Positions 18,549-25,900 of a DNA stretch of 50,349 bases are shown piece by piece (the stretch's first letter is position 1; each line of letters starts with the position of its first letter). The translations under genes were made by a program, and so were the position numbers. A model generated the notes under the pieces. The model was given only the letters and a program-made list of their open reading frames with translations, was not told the DNA's origin and made no database searches. The stretch is from a virus (taxonomy: Duplodnaviria; Caudoviricetes), in IMG/VR virus record IMGVR_UViG_3300034161_000019, positions 1 through 50,349 of that record; one strand, written 5' to 3'.

Positions 18549-18775
18549 TTGGGATCACCTTCAGCGACCGGCACGGTTACGCCCGGTTGCGGGATGGCAC
18601 GCACCAGAGCGATGCCGGCAGCTAGCAGGCCATTCACGGCAGCGAACAGCTCAGGGCCGACGAACACCTGCAGCGCTGGCCAGAAGTAGGCAGCGGTATT
18701 GAGCAGGGTCAACAGGCCAGCCAACTGAACGCTGTACATCTTCCAGAGCTGTTGCCATTGGGGAATCAGGTTCAT
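18545..18775 (-). CDS. Small two-TM membrane protein (holin-like)
   Basis: MNLIPQWQQLWKMYSVQLA, two hydrophobic helices, ends VRAIPQP. Confidence 0.6.
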   Translation of the reverse strand: MNLIPQWQQLWKMYSVQLAGLLTLLNTAAYFWPALQVFVGPELFAAVNGLLAAGIALVRAIPQPGVTVPVAEGDPK

Positions 18776-19104
18776 GTCTTGTCCGCCTTGGTGGTGTCGT
18801 TGTTCAGGCATTGCTCACAGTGCAGGTATCGGCAGAGCCAGCCTTTGACGACGGGCCAGTGGTTGGCGACGAACCAGTGTCTCAGCCCAGCCAATGCAAG
18901 GGCTCCGTGGAAGGTGACGCCGGCAGTCGTCGGGCTGAAGAAAACTGTTTCGCCCCGGGATGCGATGGCAAAGCCTGACAGCGCAATGGCCGCATAAATG
19001 ACCTTGCCCACAATCCCGTCCTTGACTTTCTTGCTCAAGACGCACCAGGTTGCCCAAGCAACGATCGTGCTGATAAAGATAGTGCTCAGTAGCTGAAGGC
19101 TCAT
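18772..19104 (-). CDS. Holin / antiholin-like membrane protein
   Basis: 110 aa with three hydrophobic segments; coupled to the upstream holin. Confidence 0.6.
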   Translation of the reverse strand: MSLQLLSTIFISTIVAWATWCVLSKKVKDGIVGKVIYAAIALSGFAIASRGETVFFSPTTAGVTFHGALALAGLRHWFVANHWPVVKGWLCRYLHCEQCLNNDTTKADKT

Positions 19105-19442
19105 TGGCTGCCTCCCCCGAACTTTGACTTGATCAGGTCAACGATCAAGCCCCAGACATCGGCGGCTTTTAGGGCGCGAGTTACAGCGGCAAGAAGAGAT
19201 CCACCAAAAGCGCCAAGCAGGAAACCTATGCAGGCAATCCACGGTGGGTCTGTCATCTTGAAGAACTGCGCGATCGGCCCAGTGAAGTACAGGGAGCACA
19301 TGCCGCCCGTGACTACAAACACGCCCCATGAGAGCTTGTCGGGGATATCGTCCTTGTGCCAGATACTGGCAAGCATGGCCGAGACAAGCCCAGTCAGTAG
19401 CCAGTCGGCTCCGCTGATCAGGCGCTGAAGGAAATCTCCCAT
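19101..19442 (-). CDS. Holin
   Basis: 113 aa, three TM segments, IGFLLGAFGGSL; first protein gene of the late operon, GAGG SD. Confidence 0.7.
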   Translation of the reverse strand: MGDFLQRLISGADWLLTGLVSAMLASIWHKDDIPDKLSWGVFVVTGGMCSLYFTGPIAQFFKMTDPPWIACIGFLLGAFGGSLLAAVTRALKAADVWGLIVDLIKSKFGGGSQ

Positions 19443-19581
19443 GCGCTCGACCTCTCAGTTGCATGCGTGAAATAAAAAAGGTGCCGTGTGAGGCGCCAAA
19501 ACCACTGGGGAGTGGTGATGAATAAGTCAGCCACAGCAGCACTCCCGGCTTAGAGCGACGGGTGTGGCCGGGCTGAAATAG

Positions 19582-19608
19582 AAAAGCCCAGCGCGATGGC
19601 TGGGCTTT
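19582..19608 (-). terminator. Intrinsic terminator closing the late-leader RNA cassette
   Basis: AAAGCCCAGC-CATCGC-GCTGGGCTTT followed by TCTATTT on the - strand. Confidence 0.65.
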
Positions 19609-19712
19609 GGAATTTTTGCCGGTTACCTTTATCCGGCGCCGAGTGTTTCCACCTGGCGGTGCGTTCCGATCTGATCCGCAACGATGCGCTGCTTCACTGT
19701 CGGTGTAGCTTG

Positions 19713-19826
19713 ATGCAGATGGCCGGCGCTGATCTCCGGCCTGGGGTTGACTCGTCTTCGGGTCCCGGACTTATGCCGCTGGCTGCCCGCCTAAACTAGC
19801 GCATCAGCCTGCGCATTCATCTGCAT
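19713..19826 (-). ncRNA. C4-family antisense RNA-like element
   Basis: Closing stem ATGCAGATG/CATCTGCAT, 5' hairpin GCGCAGGCTGATGCGC and 3' hairpin GCCGGAGATCAGCGCCGGC match the recalled P1/P7-type C4 architecture. Confidence 0.7.
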
Positions 19827-19938
19827 TGGCCATGACCCTACTCCCCTGCTTCATCAGTGCACTGAGTTTGGCGGATCTACACAAGGTAATGGCCGATAAA
19901 GACGGCCGCATCTGCGGGCCCTTGGCGTTGGTTGTGTC

Positions 19939-20008
19939 TGGAGCGGATAGAGAGAATCGAACTCTCGTCGTCAGCTTGGAAGGCTGTCTAGCGACCTACG
20001 CCACCCGC
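19939..20008 (-). tRNA. tRNA-Gly(TCC)-like, 70 nt, truncated D-arm
   Basis: Acceptor GCGGGTG/TATCCGC-T-CCA, anticodon arm CAGC-CTTCCAA-GCTG, T-arm GAGAG-TTCGATT-CTCTC; only 14 nt between acceptor and anticodon stems. Confidence 0.75.
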
Positions 20009-20011
20009 AAA

Positions 20012-20043
20012 GCAAAAAGCCCGACTCAGCGGCCGGGCTTTCT
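20012..20043 (-). terminator. tR'-like terminator
   Basis: AAAGCCCGGC-CGCTGA-GTCGGGCTTT followed by TT, about 40 nt after the predicted pR' start. Confidence 0.75.
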
Positions 20044-20085
20044 TCCTGTCATCACCTACATGCGCAAGTACGACAGGATGACGGA

Positions 20086-20114
20086 ATAATACGAATTGGC
20101 GAAATGTAAATCAA
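20086..20114 (-). promoter_or_regulatory. Late promoter pR'-like (sigma70)
   Basis: TTGATT-17 bp-TATTAT, downstream of the Q-like gene and upstream of terminator, tRNA and holin. Confidence 0.7.
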
Positions 20115-20121
20115 GCGGTAT

Positions 20122-20313
20122 TTATGTCGAACTGCTTAATTTCTTGATCCTTTCACGAAGATGAGCATCATTCTCGGTCCAGAGGCCCCAATCAGGATCC
20201 CAATAGCAATGGTCGTTGGGCGCTTCTTGCGCATCCGCCCCGTAAGTTTTTCGAGTTATATGCCGGATATCCAGCGCAGGCCCGGACAGCTCGGATACCT
20301 TTACCTTGATCAT
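20122..20313 (-). CDS. Small chimeric protein with NinX-like N-terminus
   Basis: MIKVKVSELSGPALD resembles the start of 42641..43087, then diverges. Confidence 0.5.
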   Translation of the reverse strand: MIKVKVSELSGPALDIRHITRKTYGADAQEAPNDHCYWDPDWGLWTENDAHLRERIKKLSSST

Positions 20314-20510
20314 CGCTCACCTCTTCCGATCTGCTCACCGTGGCAGATCATCCTTTCGATGGTGCGCGCCCGCTCAGCCTTATCAATAACGCGCTTTGGG
20401 CGATTCTTCATTTCGAGCTCAAATCTGGCGGTAGCAGCCTTGCTTGAGCAAAACCTGGCCGCGACAAGAATTGAGAACAGCGTGATGCCGATGATTGCGA
20501 GATCGATCAT
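20310..20510 (-). CDS. Small membrane-anchored hypothetical protein
   Basis: N-terminal hydrophobic helix; coupled overlaps. Confidence 0.55.
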   Translation of the reverse strand: MIDLAIIGITLFSILVAARFCSSKAATARFELEMKNRPKRVIDKAERARTIERMICHGEQIGRGER

Positions 20511-20707
20511 GCTTCACCTCGGACCTGGCGGATCTTGGCTTCAGGGCCTTCAAAATGAAAGGTGAAAGACATTTTCCGGGCAGCATCGAAAGAAAGGTGA
20601 TCTAATTTTACCTTCATTGTCGAAGGATCTAGCCCTCTTGACTCGATGTCGGCCCTGATAAGGCGCTCCGCTTCTTCAGGTGAAACAACACTCAAGTCGA
20701 TGTTCAT
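20507..20707 (-). CDS. Hypothetical protein
   Basis: 66 aa, ATGA-coupled at both ends. Confidence 0.55.
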   Translation of the reverse strand: MNIDLSVVSPEEAERLIRADIESRGLDPSTMKVKLDHLSFDAARKMSFTFHFEGPEAKIRQVRGEA

Positions 20708-21147
20708 TGCATTGCTCTCCCTATCTCAGCAGCGGCGCGGACGATGGCGCGGCGTATCCTTGCCATATGGTCAGGAGGACCGTACTCACTTTCTACAGCC
20801 CACGCAGAAGGAATAGCACCATCCACAGTCTTCGCTTCAATTCCGCGACCATCGCAACTCACTACCAATCCTGCTTGAGCAGCAAGCCTCAGCGCATCGC
20901 CGTCGTCGGCTAGCGGATGCCAGTAGTGAATTACTGACCCCTTGTGAATAACGTGGAGCCCCTTAAGCGTTCCGTCAGCGAGGATTACCGCTGACGGGCT
21001 TTCAAACCCAGCGGCCTTGGCCGCAAGCTCAAGCAATTCTTGATCAGTCATGTTTCCTTGCCCTCGACATGCACGCCTCCAAGCCTCCATCCTTTCTTGG
21101 TGAGCCTCAGCGATGCGCATTCTTTCAGTTGGACTAAGATAAATCAT
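20704..21147 (-). CDS. NinX-like hypothetical protein
   Basis: MTDQELLELAAKAAG...WHPLADDGDALRLA...RRAIVRAAAEIG pattern. Confidence 0.55.
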   Translation of the reverse strand: MIYLSPTERMRIAEAHQERMEAWRRACRGQGNMTDQELLELAAKAAGFESPSAVILADGTLKGLHVIHKGSVIHYWHPLADDGDALRLAAQAGLVVSCDGRGIEAKTVDGAIPSAWAVESEYGPPDHMARIRRAIVRAAAEIGRAMQ

Positions 21148-21809
21148 GCCGCCCGCTCCCCAAGTACGCCCGCTTCCTCAAGAATCAATTGTGCTTCCAC
21201 CAGCGCATCATCCACAAGGCTTTCCAGAGTCTTCTTGATGGCCTTGTTCCAGAGCTGGTAGGTGCGCTCGCTCATACCCTGGTTGTCCCAGGTGCTCATG
21301 TCGTAGTTCGAATCGGCGAGGATGATCGCGCCGTCCCGCTGGCAGGTTCCGCGCTTGGCCGCCGATGCGTTGGCGCGCTCAACTGCGGCCCTTGCTGCCT
21401 CTACCCGCCACGCTGGTACATCTTCATCGAACTGAGGCGCCTTGACCTTTACAGGCTCCCGACGCACACCTTTGATCTGCGGGATCGCCCATGCGGTGAC
21501 AGCCTTCTGCGTGAAGAGTTGCGGCGCCGGGCTGGTTACGATCGCCACCAGCCGGCCAGTCGCTTCGATCTTGCGGCCGTTGTGCGTGCTGAACTTGGCG
21601 GTCAATGCGAACCAATGCCGCGGGCTCAGGATCTTGTGCAGCAGTTTGTGAACGATGCAGTCCTGCAATAGGGCCGCTTCCTTGCCGACGATCTCCCCCT
21701 TCTGCTTTGCGCACTGCACCTTCGGTTCGAAGTCGCAGCCCCCGGCCGAGTTGATGGTTTCGGCAGCCAGAGCGCGCACGACTGCGGATACAACGTTGCG
21801 ATACGTCAT
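21144..21809 (-). CDS. Late antiterminator Q-like protein
   Basis: 221 aa near the end of the early-right operon, upstream of pR'/tR'; SERTYQLW..IKKTLE HTH-like C-terminus. Mostly positional. Confidence 0.55.
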   Translation of the reverse strand: MTYRNVVSAVVRALAAETINSAGGCDFEPKVQCAKQKGEIVGKEAALLQDCIVHKLLHKILSPRHWFALTAKFSTHNGRKIEATGRLVAIVTSPAPQLFTQKAVTAWAIPQIKGVRREPVKVKAPQFDEDVPAWRVEAARAAVERANASAAKRGTCQRDGAIILADSNYDMSTWDNQGMSERTYQLWNKAIKKTLESLVDDALVEAQLILEEAGVLGERAA

Positions 21810-22384
21810 CAGAATAATCTCCCCAAGGATGCGGCAAAGGCGTACGGGTCGCGGCACTTCTTGCTCAAGTTGCAGAACTGGCAGGAGATAACGAGATTCG
21901 AAATCTCATGCTTTCCACCGCGAGCCAGCGGCTCGTAGTGGTCAACGTGGAATTGTTCAGCGCAGTCCTTCGCGCACCAGTGGCAGACCTTTGGCTGCAA
22001 GGCAGTCCACGCAACCAGCTCACCATTGGATACACCCTGCATGGAGGCTCTCCGCCTAGACTGCGACGCTCGCTTGCTCGCCCTGCTTCTTTCTGGGTTG
22101 GCGGCTCGCCAATCAGCCATCCATTGAGTGAATTTTTCTCTGTTACGCTCCCGGTACTCCTTGCCGTACTGCAATCTTGCCTCTTTGTTTCTCTGGTAAT
22201 GAGCGTTGGTTGCAAGCCGTTTTTTCGCAACAATTTCAGGCTTGCTTGAACACAGATTTTTGCAAACTACACAGCTGCCAGAACTGGTCTGTCTCGGAGA
22301 GATATGTCCGTGCTTGCATGGCTTCCCTGTCGAGTAGTAGAGATCGCCTGCATCCATCGCGACCCGCCTTGGCGAGGGACTCAT
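21809..22384 (-). CDS. HNH endonuclease
   Basis: CHWC...HVDHYEPLARGGKHEISNLVISCQFCNLSK; N-terminal YSTGKPCKHGH Zn motif. Confidence 0.9.
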   Translation of the reverse strand: MSPSPRRVAMDAGDLYYSTGKPCKHGHISPRQTSSGSCVVCKNLCSSKPEIVAKKRLATNAHYQRNKEARLQYGKEYRERNREKFTQWMADWRAANPERSRASKRASQSRRRASMQGVSNGELVAWTALQPKVCHWCAKDCAEQFHVDHYEPLARGGKHEISNLVISCQFCNLSKKCRDPYAFAASLGRLF

Positions 22385-23520
22385 AAGGCCCCCACTTTCA
22401 ACATGTCGGAATTGATCGTCAGGCGCCCTACCTCGCCGTATGCCTTGTGGTAGGTGATGACCTTGGCGTCACGGCCACTGATCCAGCCGCCGCGGCTTGC
22501 GTAGGCATCAGGCGCGGCCAGGGTGCGGTGCTGCTCCACGATCATCAGGTTGTTTTCCTTGATGTCGACGTGGTGCAGGTGCCCCAGGTGCGCGTAACTG
22601 TGCTGGGTGCGGCCGAAGACCTCGCGGAACTTGGCCACGAACACGTCCGCCACTGCCGTCGGCTTCTTTTTGTGGCCATGGTGGAAGAAGAGGCTGGTCT
22701 GCCCGTGCTCGACGCAGTAGTAAGGATCCGGGCTGCGATCGACGGTGATGCGCGGCTCGTTCTCGTAGATCGCGGAGAACCATTCGCGCAGCCAGATGGA
22801 GCTGGCAGTGTCGTGGTTGCCCTCGGCCATAAGGACGTGAACCCGTTGGTGCTTGGTCAGCAGCATGTCGACAACGCGGCGGGTCACGCGAATTGCCACA
22901 CGCACCAGCTTCTGGAACCGGGTGTCAGCGTCGAGCAGGTGCTTGCTGGCAGGCGTCACGGCATCGAGGCCGTCCCAGTGCAGATAATCACCGAGTTGCG
23001 CGAACACGCCGATTTCCGCATCCGGCGCCATGCTGATTGCAGTGGCAAACCATGCGACCAGCTGCTGCTCGGCAATGCTCAGGTCGTAGTCGGCGCCGGT
23101 TTCCTCGTGCCAGGACAGAAGGCCAAGGTGGTAGTCCGTGACGACGTAGCAGTTCAGCAGGTCGGCGTTACAGGCGGCCGGGGCCTGAGCAAATGCCATG
23201 CGCGGCAGATCATCGCCCATCGCAGCAATGGCCGCCTCCATAATTGCGCGCTGACGCTGCTCATCTGCTGTCGATTTAACCCATTGAAGCACCGGTGCCT
23301 TCACCCCCTCCTTGTACAGGCTGGACGTCCCTTTCAGCCTGAAGCCGTCCGGCACGATGTGCGTCATGTCGTGCTCAGGGCTCCAGCCTTTGCGCCTAAG
23401 GGTTGCAACATGCCGCTCCAGCGTTCGGATGTTCAGTCCGAGATGCACTGCAGCCTGGGCCTGGGTCATGGAGGCCAGCGCTTCAATGATCTGCTCATCT
23501 TTGACTTTGCGTTCGGCCAT
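22381..23520 (-). CDS. HTH + calcineurin-like metallophosphoesterase
   Basis: N-terminal HTH (TQAQAAVHLGLNIRTLERH); motifs DYH, GDYLH, GNHD, HHGH, GHLHH. Confidence 0.85.
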   Translation of the reverse strand: MAERKVKDEQIIEALASMTQAQAAVHLGLNIRTLERHVATLRRKGWSPEHDMTHIVPDGFRLKGTSSLYKEGVKAPVLQWVKSTADEQRQRAIMEAAIAAMGDDLPRMAFAQAPAACNADLLNCYVVTDYHLGLLSWHEETGADYDLSIAEQQLVAWFATAISMAPDAEIGVFAQLGDYLHWDGLDAVTPASKHLLDADTRFQKLVRVAIRVTRRVVDMLLTKHQRVHVLMAEGNHDTASSIWLREWFSAIYENEPRITVDRSPDPYYCVEHGQTSLFFHHGHKKKPTAVADVFVAKFREVFGRTQHSYAHLGHLHHVDIKENNLMIVEQHRTLAAPDAYASRGGWISGRDAKVITYHKAYGEVGRLTINSDMLKVGAL

Positions 23521-23966
23521 TATTGAGCCCCTGCAATGGTGTAGTGCTGAGGGCTTTTGTCTGCGTGAACTTCCTTCAGGCGCGCTACGTGAGGCGTCAG
23601 GCTATTGATCAGCGCACGGTATCCGCCCGGGGCCTGCCGGTCGTCATTGAGCTTTCCAGCGGCTTCTGCGTCGACAATGATCGCCAGGCAGGCGAGCGCA
23701 TGGGCCAGATGGGGAAGTCCGCTGTCAGGATCGGCAGCCTCGCCCTCAAACCATGCATTCAGGTGACGACTCGCTGCGTCGTAGTAGATCGAGGCGCGAA
23801 TACCTGTCTCGCGGAAATTTGAACGCCCGTACTTGAGCATGCCATCCAGCAGGCCAAGGCTGCCGAGTGCAGTGGCAGTTGCCGGCCATAGGTGCATTGG
23901 GATTTTCCCGCAGCCAATGAGATCCTTGGGGTTCGATTGTTTCAGCTCTGGATGGTATTCGCTCAT
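23520..23966 (-). CDS. DUF5664 / dATP-dGTP diphosphohydrolase-like protein
   Basis: NPKD..G..K.PMHL, G.LKYGRSNFR, RHLNAWFEGE..DPDSGLPHLAHA. Confidence 0.8.
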   Translation of the reverse strand: MSEYHPELKQSNPKDLIGCGKIPMHLWPATATALGSLGLLDGMLKYGRSNFRETGIRASIYYDAASRHLNAWFEGEAADPDSGLPHLAHALACLAIIVDAEAAGKLNDDRQAPGGYRALINSLTPHVARLKEVHADKSPQHYTIAGAQ

Positions 23967-24142
23967 GCCACTTCCCCCATCGTCGATTTAAGGTGTTCGA
24001 TGCATGCCGCCTTGGCCTTTTCGAAGTTGTGGCCGGAATACAAAAGCTTCCCTTCTGGCGTTCGGGCTGTGAATGCCCAGCCAGTGCCAGCCCGGTTGGC
24101 GTATCGGCGAACTTCATACCTTTGGTGTTTCCAGTTGTTCAT
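23963..24142 (-). CDS. Small hypothetical protein (59 aa)
   Basis: MNNWKHQRYEV...AKAACIEH; ATGA-coupled. Confidence 0.55.
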   Translation of the reverse strand: MNNWKHQRYEVRRYANRAGTGWAFTARTPEGKLLYSGHNFEKAKAACIEHLKSTMGEVA

Positions 24143-24336
24143 GGCCGCACCTTCGGCATTGTCAGCGGCTTCCATTGCTGGATGTTGCGGTAGAACTTCC
24201 CGGCTTCGCGGTCGACGATGCAAGGCGCGAATGGATGCTTCTTGTCGAACTGTCCAGCCTTGAAGCCGTCGCCCCACGGAACGACAATCCATTGCCCGTG
24301 TTTTGGCTGGCGTGATTCGGTGTTTATCCACGTCAT
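24139..24336 (-). CDS. Small hypothetical protein
   Basis: MTWI.TE...P..GQWIVV...W.PL..P pattern; coupled. Confidence 0.55.
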   Translation of the reverse strand: MTWINTESRQPKHGQWIVVPWGDGFKAGQFDKKHPFAPCIVDREAGKFYRNIQQWKPLTMPKVRP

Positions 24337-24461
24337 GGCCGCACACCCCGCGCAATCCGGTCCCGGCGCAGAACCTGGCGGATCGATGCGCTAAGACCTC
24401 CGCCGAGAATGAGGAAGAAGGCAATCCACAGGTTCAGCAGGATTTCGCTTGGGATGTTCAT
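24333..24461 (-). CDS. Small single-TM protein (42 aa)
   Basis: MNIPSEILLNLWIAFFLILGGGLSASIRQVLRRDRIARGVRP; ATGA overlaps at both ends. Confidence 0.55.
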   Translation of the reverse strand: MNIPSEILLNLWIAFFLILGGGLSASIRQVLRRDRIARGVRP

Positions 24462-24520
24462 GCGGTTAGCCTCTTGAGTTCACGGGTCTTAGCGCGGTAT
24501 TCGGCGGTGATGGCTTTCAT
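24458..24520 (-). pseudogene. Relic ninG C-terminus (20-aa mini-ORF)
   Basis: MKAITAEYRAKTRELKRLTA resembles the recalled end of Pseudomonas phage NinG proteins; lies just after the HNH gene. Confidence 0.65.
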
Positions 24521-25296
24521 GCAGCACCACGCATACTGTCTTGATACTTGCGGATAATGTCTTCGCGACTAAGCCCCTTGCGGGATAGGTAGTAGAACGA
24601 CGAGATAGGGATGGACAGACACTTCATCCACTCTGTTGTTAGCTTAGAAACACCATCAACAGCTATGACTTTCTCTTTCAGATTTTCTTTTGCTAGCAAC
24701 TTGTCTGGAGAAACTCCGGCGTGCACTCGCTGACGGATTACGTCCTGATTCATACCGAGTTTGTCAGCCCACTCCGGTACGCTTAATCGAACGCCATCAC
24801 TCTCAATGAAAATGCTTCTTGATGTATTGGCTCCTTGCTCTTTTGCAGTTTCCCACCTGCAATTCGCTTTGCAGTAGTTACCGTTATTGTCGATTCGCCC
24901 GATTGAGTGAGAGGGGCTAGGCTTGCCTCCCATATCTGCATAAAAACTCTCAAAGCTTTTCCATTCGTCACATACCGATATCCCTCGTCCGCCATATTGC
25001 GGATATCGCTCAATCTTTGGATTTGTGCAGCGATTCCACATGCGATTCCAAACTTGATACTCATCTCGCTTAGACATGCCGTGGGTAGTTGCGCGCTTGC
25101 TAGTGGTCTCGCGCGACAGGCATCCGCAGCTTTTGGACTTGCCCAGCTCTAGATTGCTCGCGCCAATCATCTTTTCATTGCCGCACTCGCAGCGGCATAG
25201 GTGCCGGTAGCAGCCACCCTTGAACTCAGCGCGAACAGCTAGCACCGTGAGACGATGGAAGATGTCACCAACTTTAGTTTCTCGTTTAAGCAACAT
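24517..25296 (-). CDS. HNH-type homing endonuclease
   Basis: CRCECG, SKSCGC, YGGRGISVCDEWKSF, SIGRIDNNGNYCKANCRW; AT-rich relative to flanks. Confidence 0.85.
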   Translation of the reverse strand: MLLKRETKVGDIFHRLTVLAVRAEFKGGCYRHLCRCECGNEKMIGASNLELGKSKSCGCLSRETTSKRATTHGMSKRDEYQVWNRMWNRCTNPKIERYPQYGGRGISVCDEWKSFESFYADMGGKPSPSHSIGRIDNNGNYCKANCRWETAKEQGANTSRSIFIESDGVRLSVPEWADKLGMNQDVIRQRVHAGVSPDKLLAKENLKEKVIAVDGVSKLTTEWMKCLSIPISSFYYLSRKGLSREDIIRKYQDSMRGAA

Positions 25297-25900
25297 GGTC
25301 AAACCTCGCCTCACGTATCTTCCGGAGAATTTTTATACGGCGCTTGAAAATGATCTTTATTCTTACCAGATACTCAATAGAAAATACTTTAGCCTTATGT
25401 GGGCAGTATAACTTTTCTACACGGTCAAAGCCTAACTTTTCTATGAGTGCAGCCTTATACATAACTGCATTTGCAGATAGGTATCGGTTACACCTAACGC
25501 ATTGTTTATTTATATTAAACAGGTTGAATCTTGTTTCCGGACTTGCTCCAACTGACCTCAGGTGACCAGCATCCCAAACATTTACACGATCATCCGGATA
25601 AGATGTTCCGCATGATATGCATGGCAACTTTCTGTCACGCTCTCTTACGTAAGCGTTTACAGCAGCCTGAGCCTCACGCATGTACTGACCCTTCGGCTTA
25701 ACGCGCTCCTTGGCCTCTCTCAGCTCCTTGCGGCCTACATCGGCAAGGGCCTTGCGAGCCTTGTCGTGGTTCTTCGGCGCATCGATGATCGCGCAGGCAA
25801 CGCTGCATACCGCCTGACCCAGGCGCGCAGGCACGAATGAGGCCCCGCAGGATTCGACGCGGCACTTCTTGGCGCGGGGTGGTTTCGACTGGAGGCTCAT
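25286..25900 (-). CDS. ninG: NinG/Rap recombination endonuclease (mosaic 3' half)
   Basis: KKCRVESC, CSVAC, YVRERD..LPCISCG, WDAGH, NINKQCVRCN. Confidence 0.85.
   Translation of the reverse strand: MSLQSKPPRAKKCRVESCGASFVPARLGQAVCSVACAIIDAPKNHDKARKALADVGRKELREAKERVKPKGQYMREAQAAVNAYVRERDRKLPCISCGTSYPDDRVNVWDAGHLRSVGASPETRFNLFNINKQCVRCNRYLSANAVMYKAALIEKLGFDRVEKLYCPHKAKVFSIEYLVRIKIIFKRRIKILRKIREARFDHVA

Noticed and set aside
19690-19716. Solitary type I-F CRISPR repeat (RNA anti-CRISPR)
   Set aside because: Only TTCACTG matches the repeat start; the CTGCC/GGCAG hairpin and GAAA end are missing.
19828-19894. Hammerhead ribozyme (CTGATGA on the - strand)
   Set aside because: No stem II followed by GAAA in the required position; the CTGA is part of a TCAGTGCACTGA palindrome.
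22447-23526. 359-aa + strand ORF
   Set aside because: Antisense shadow of the metallophosphoesterase gene.
23520-23966. Z-genome or modified-base pathway
   Set aside because: No purZ, DNA polymerase or deazaguanine genes are recognisable in the genome.
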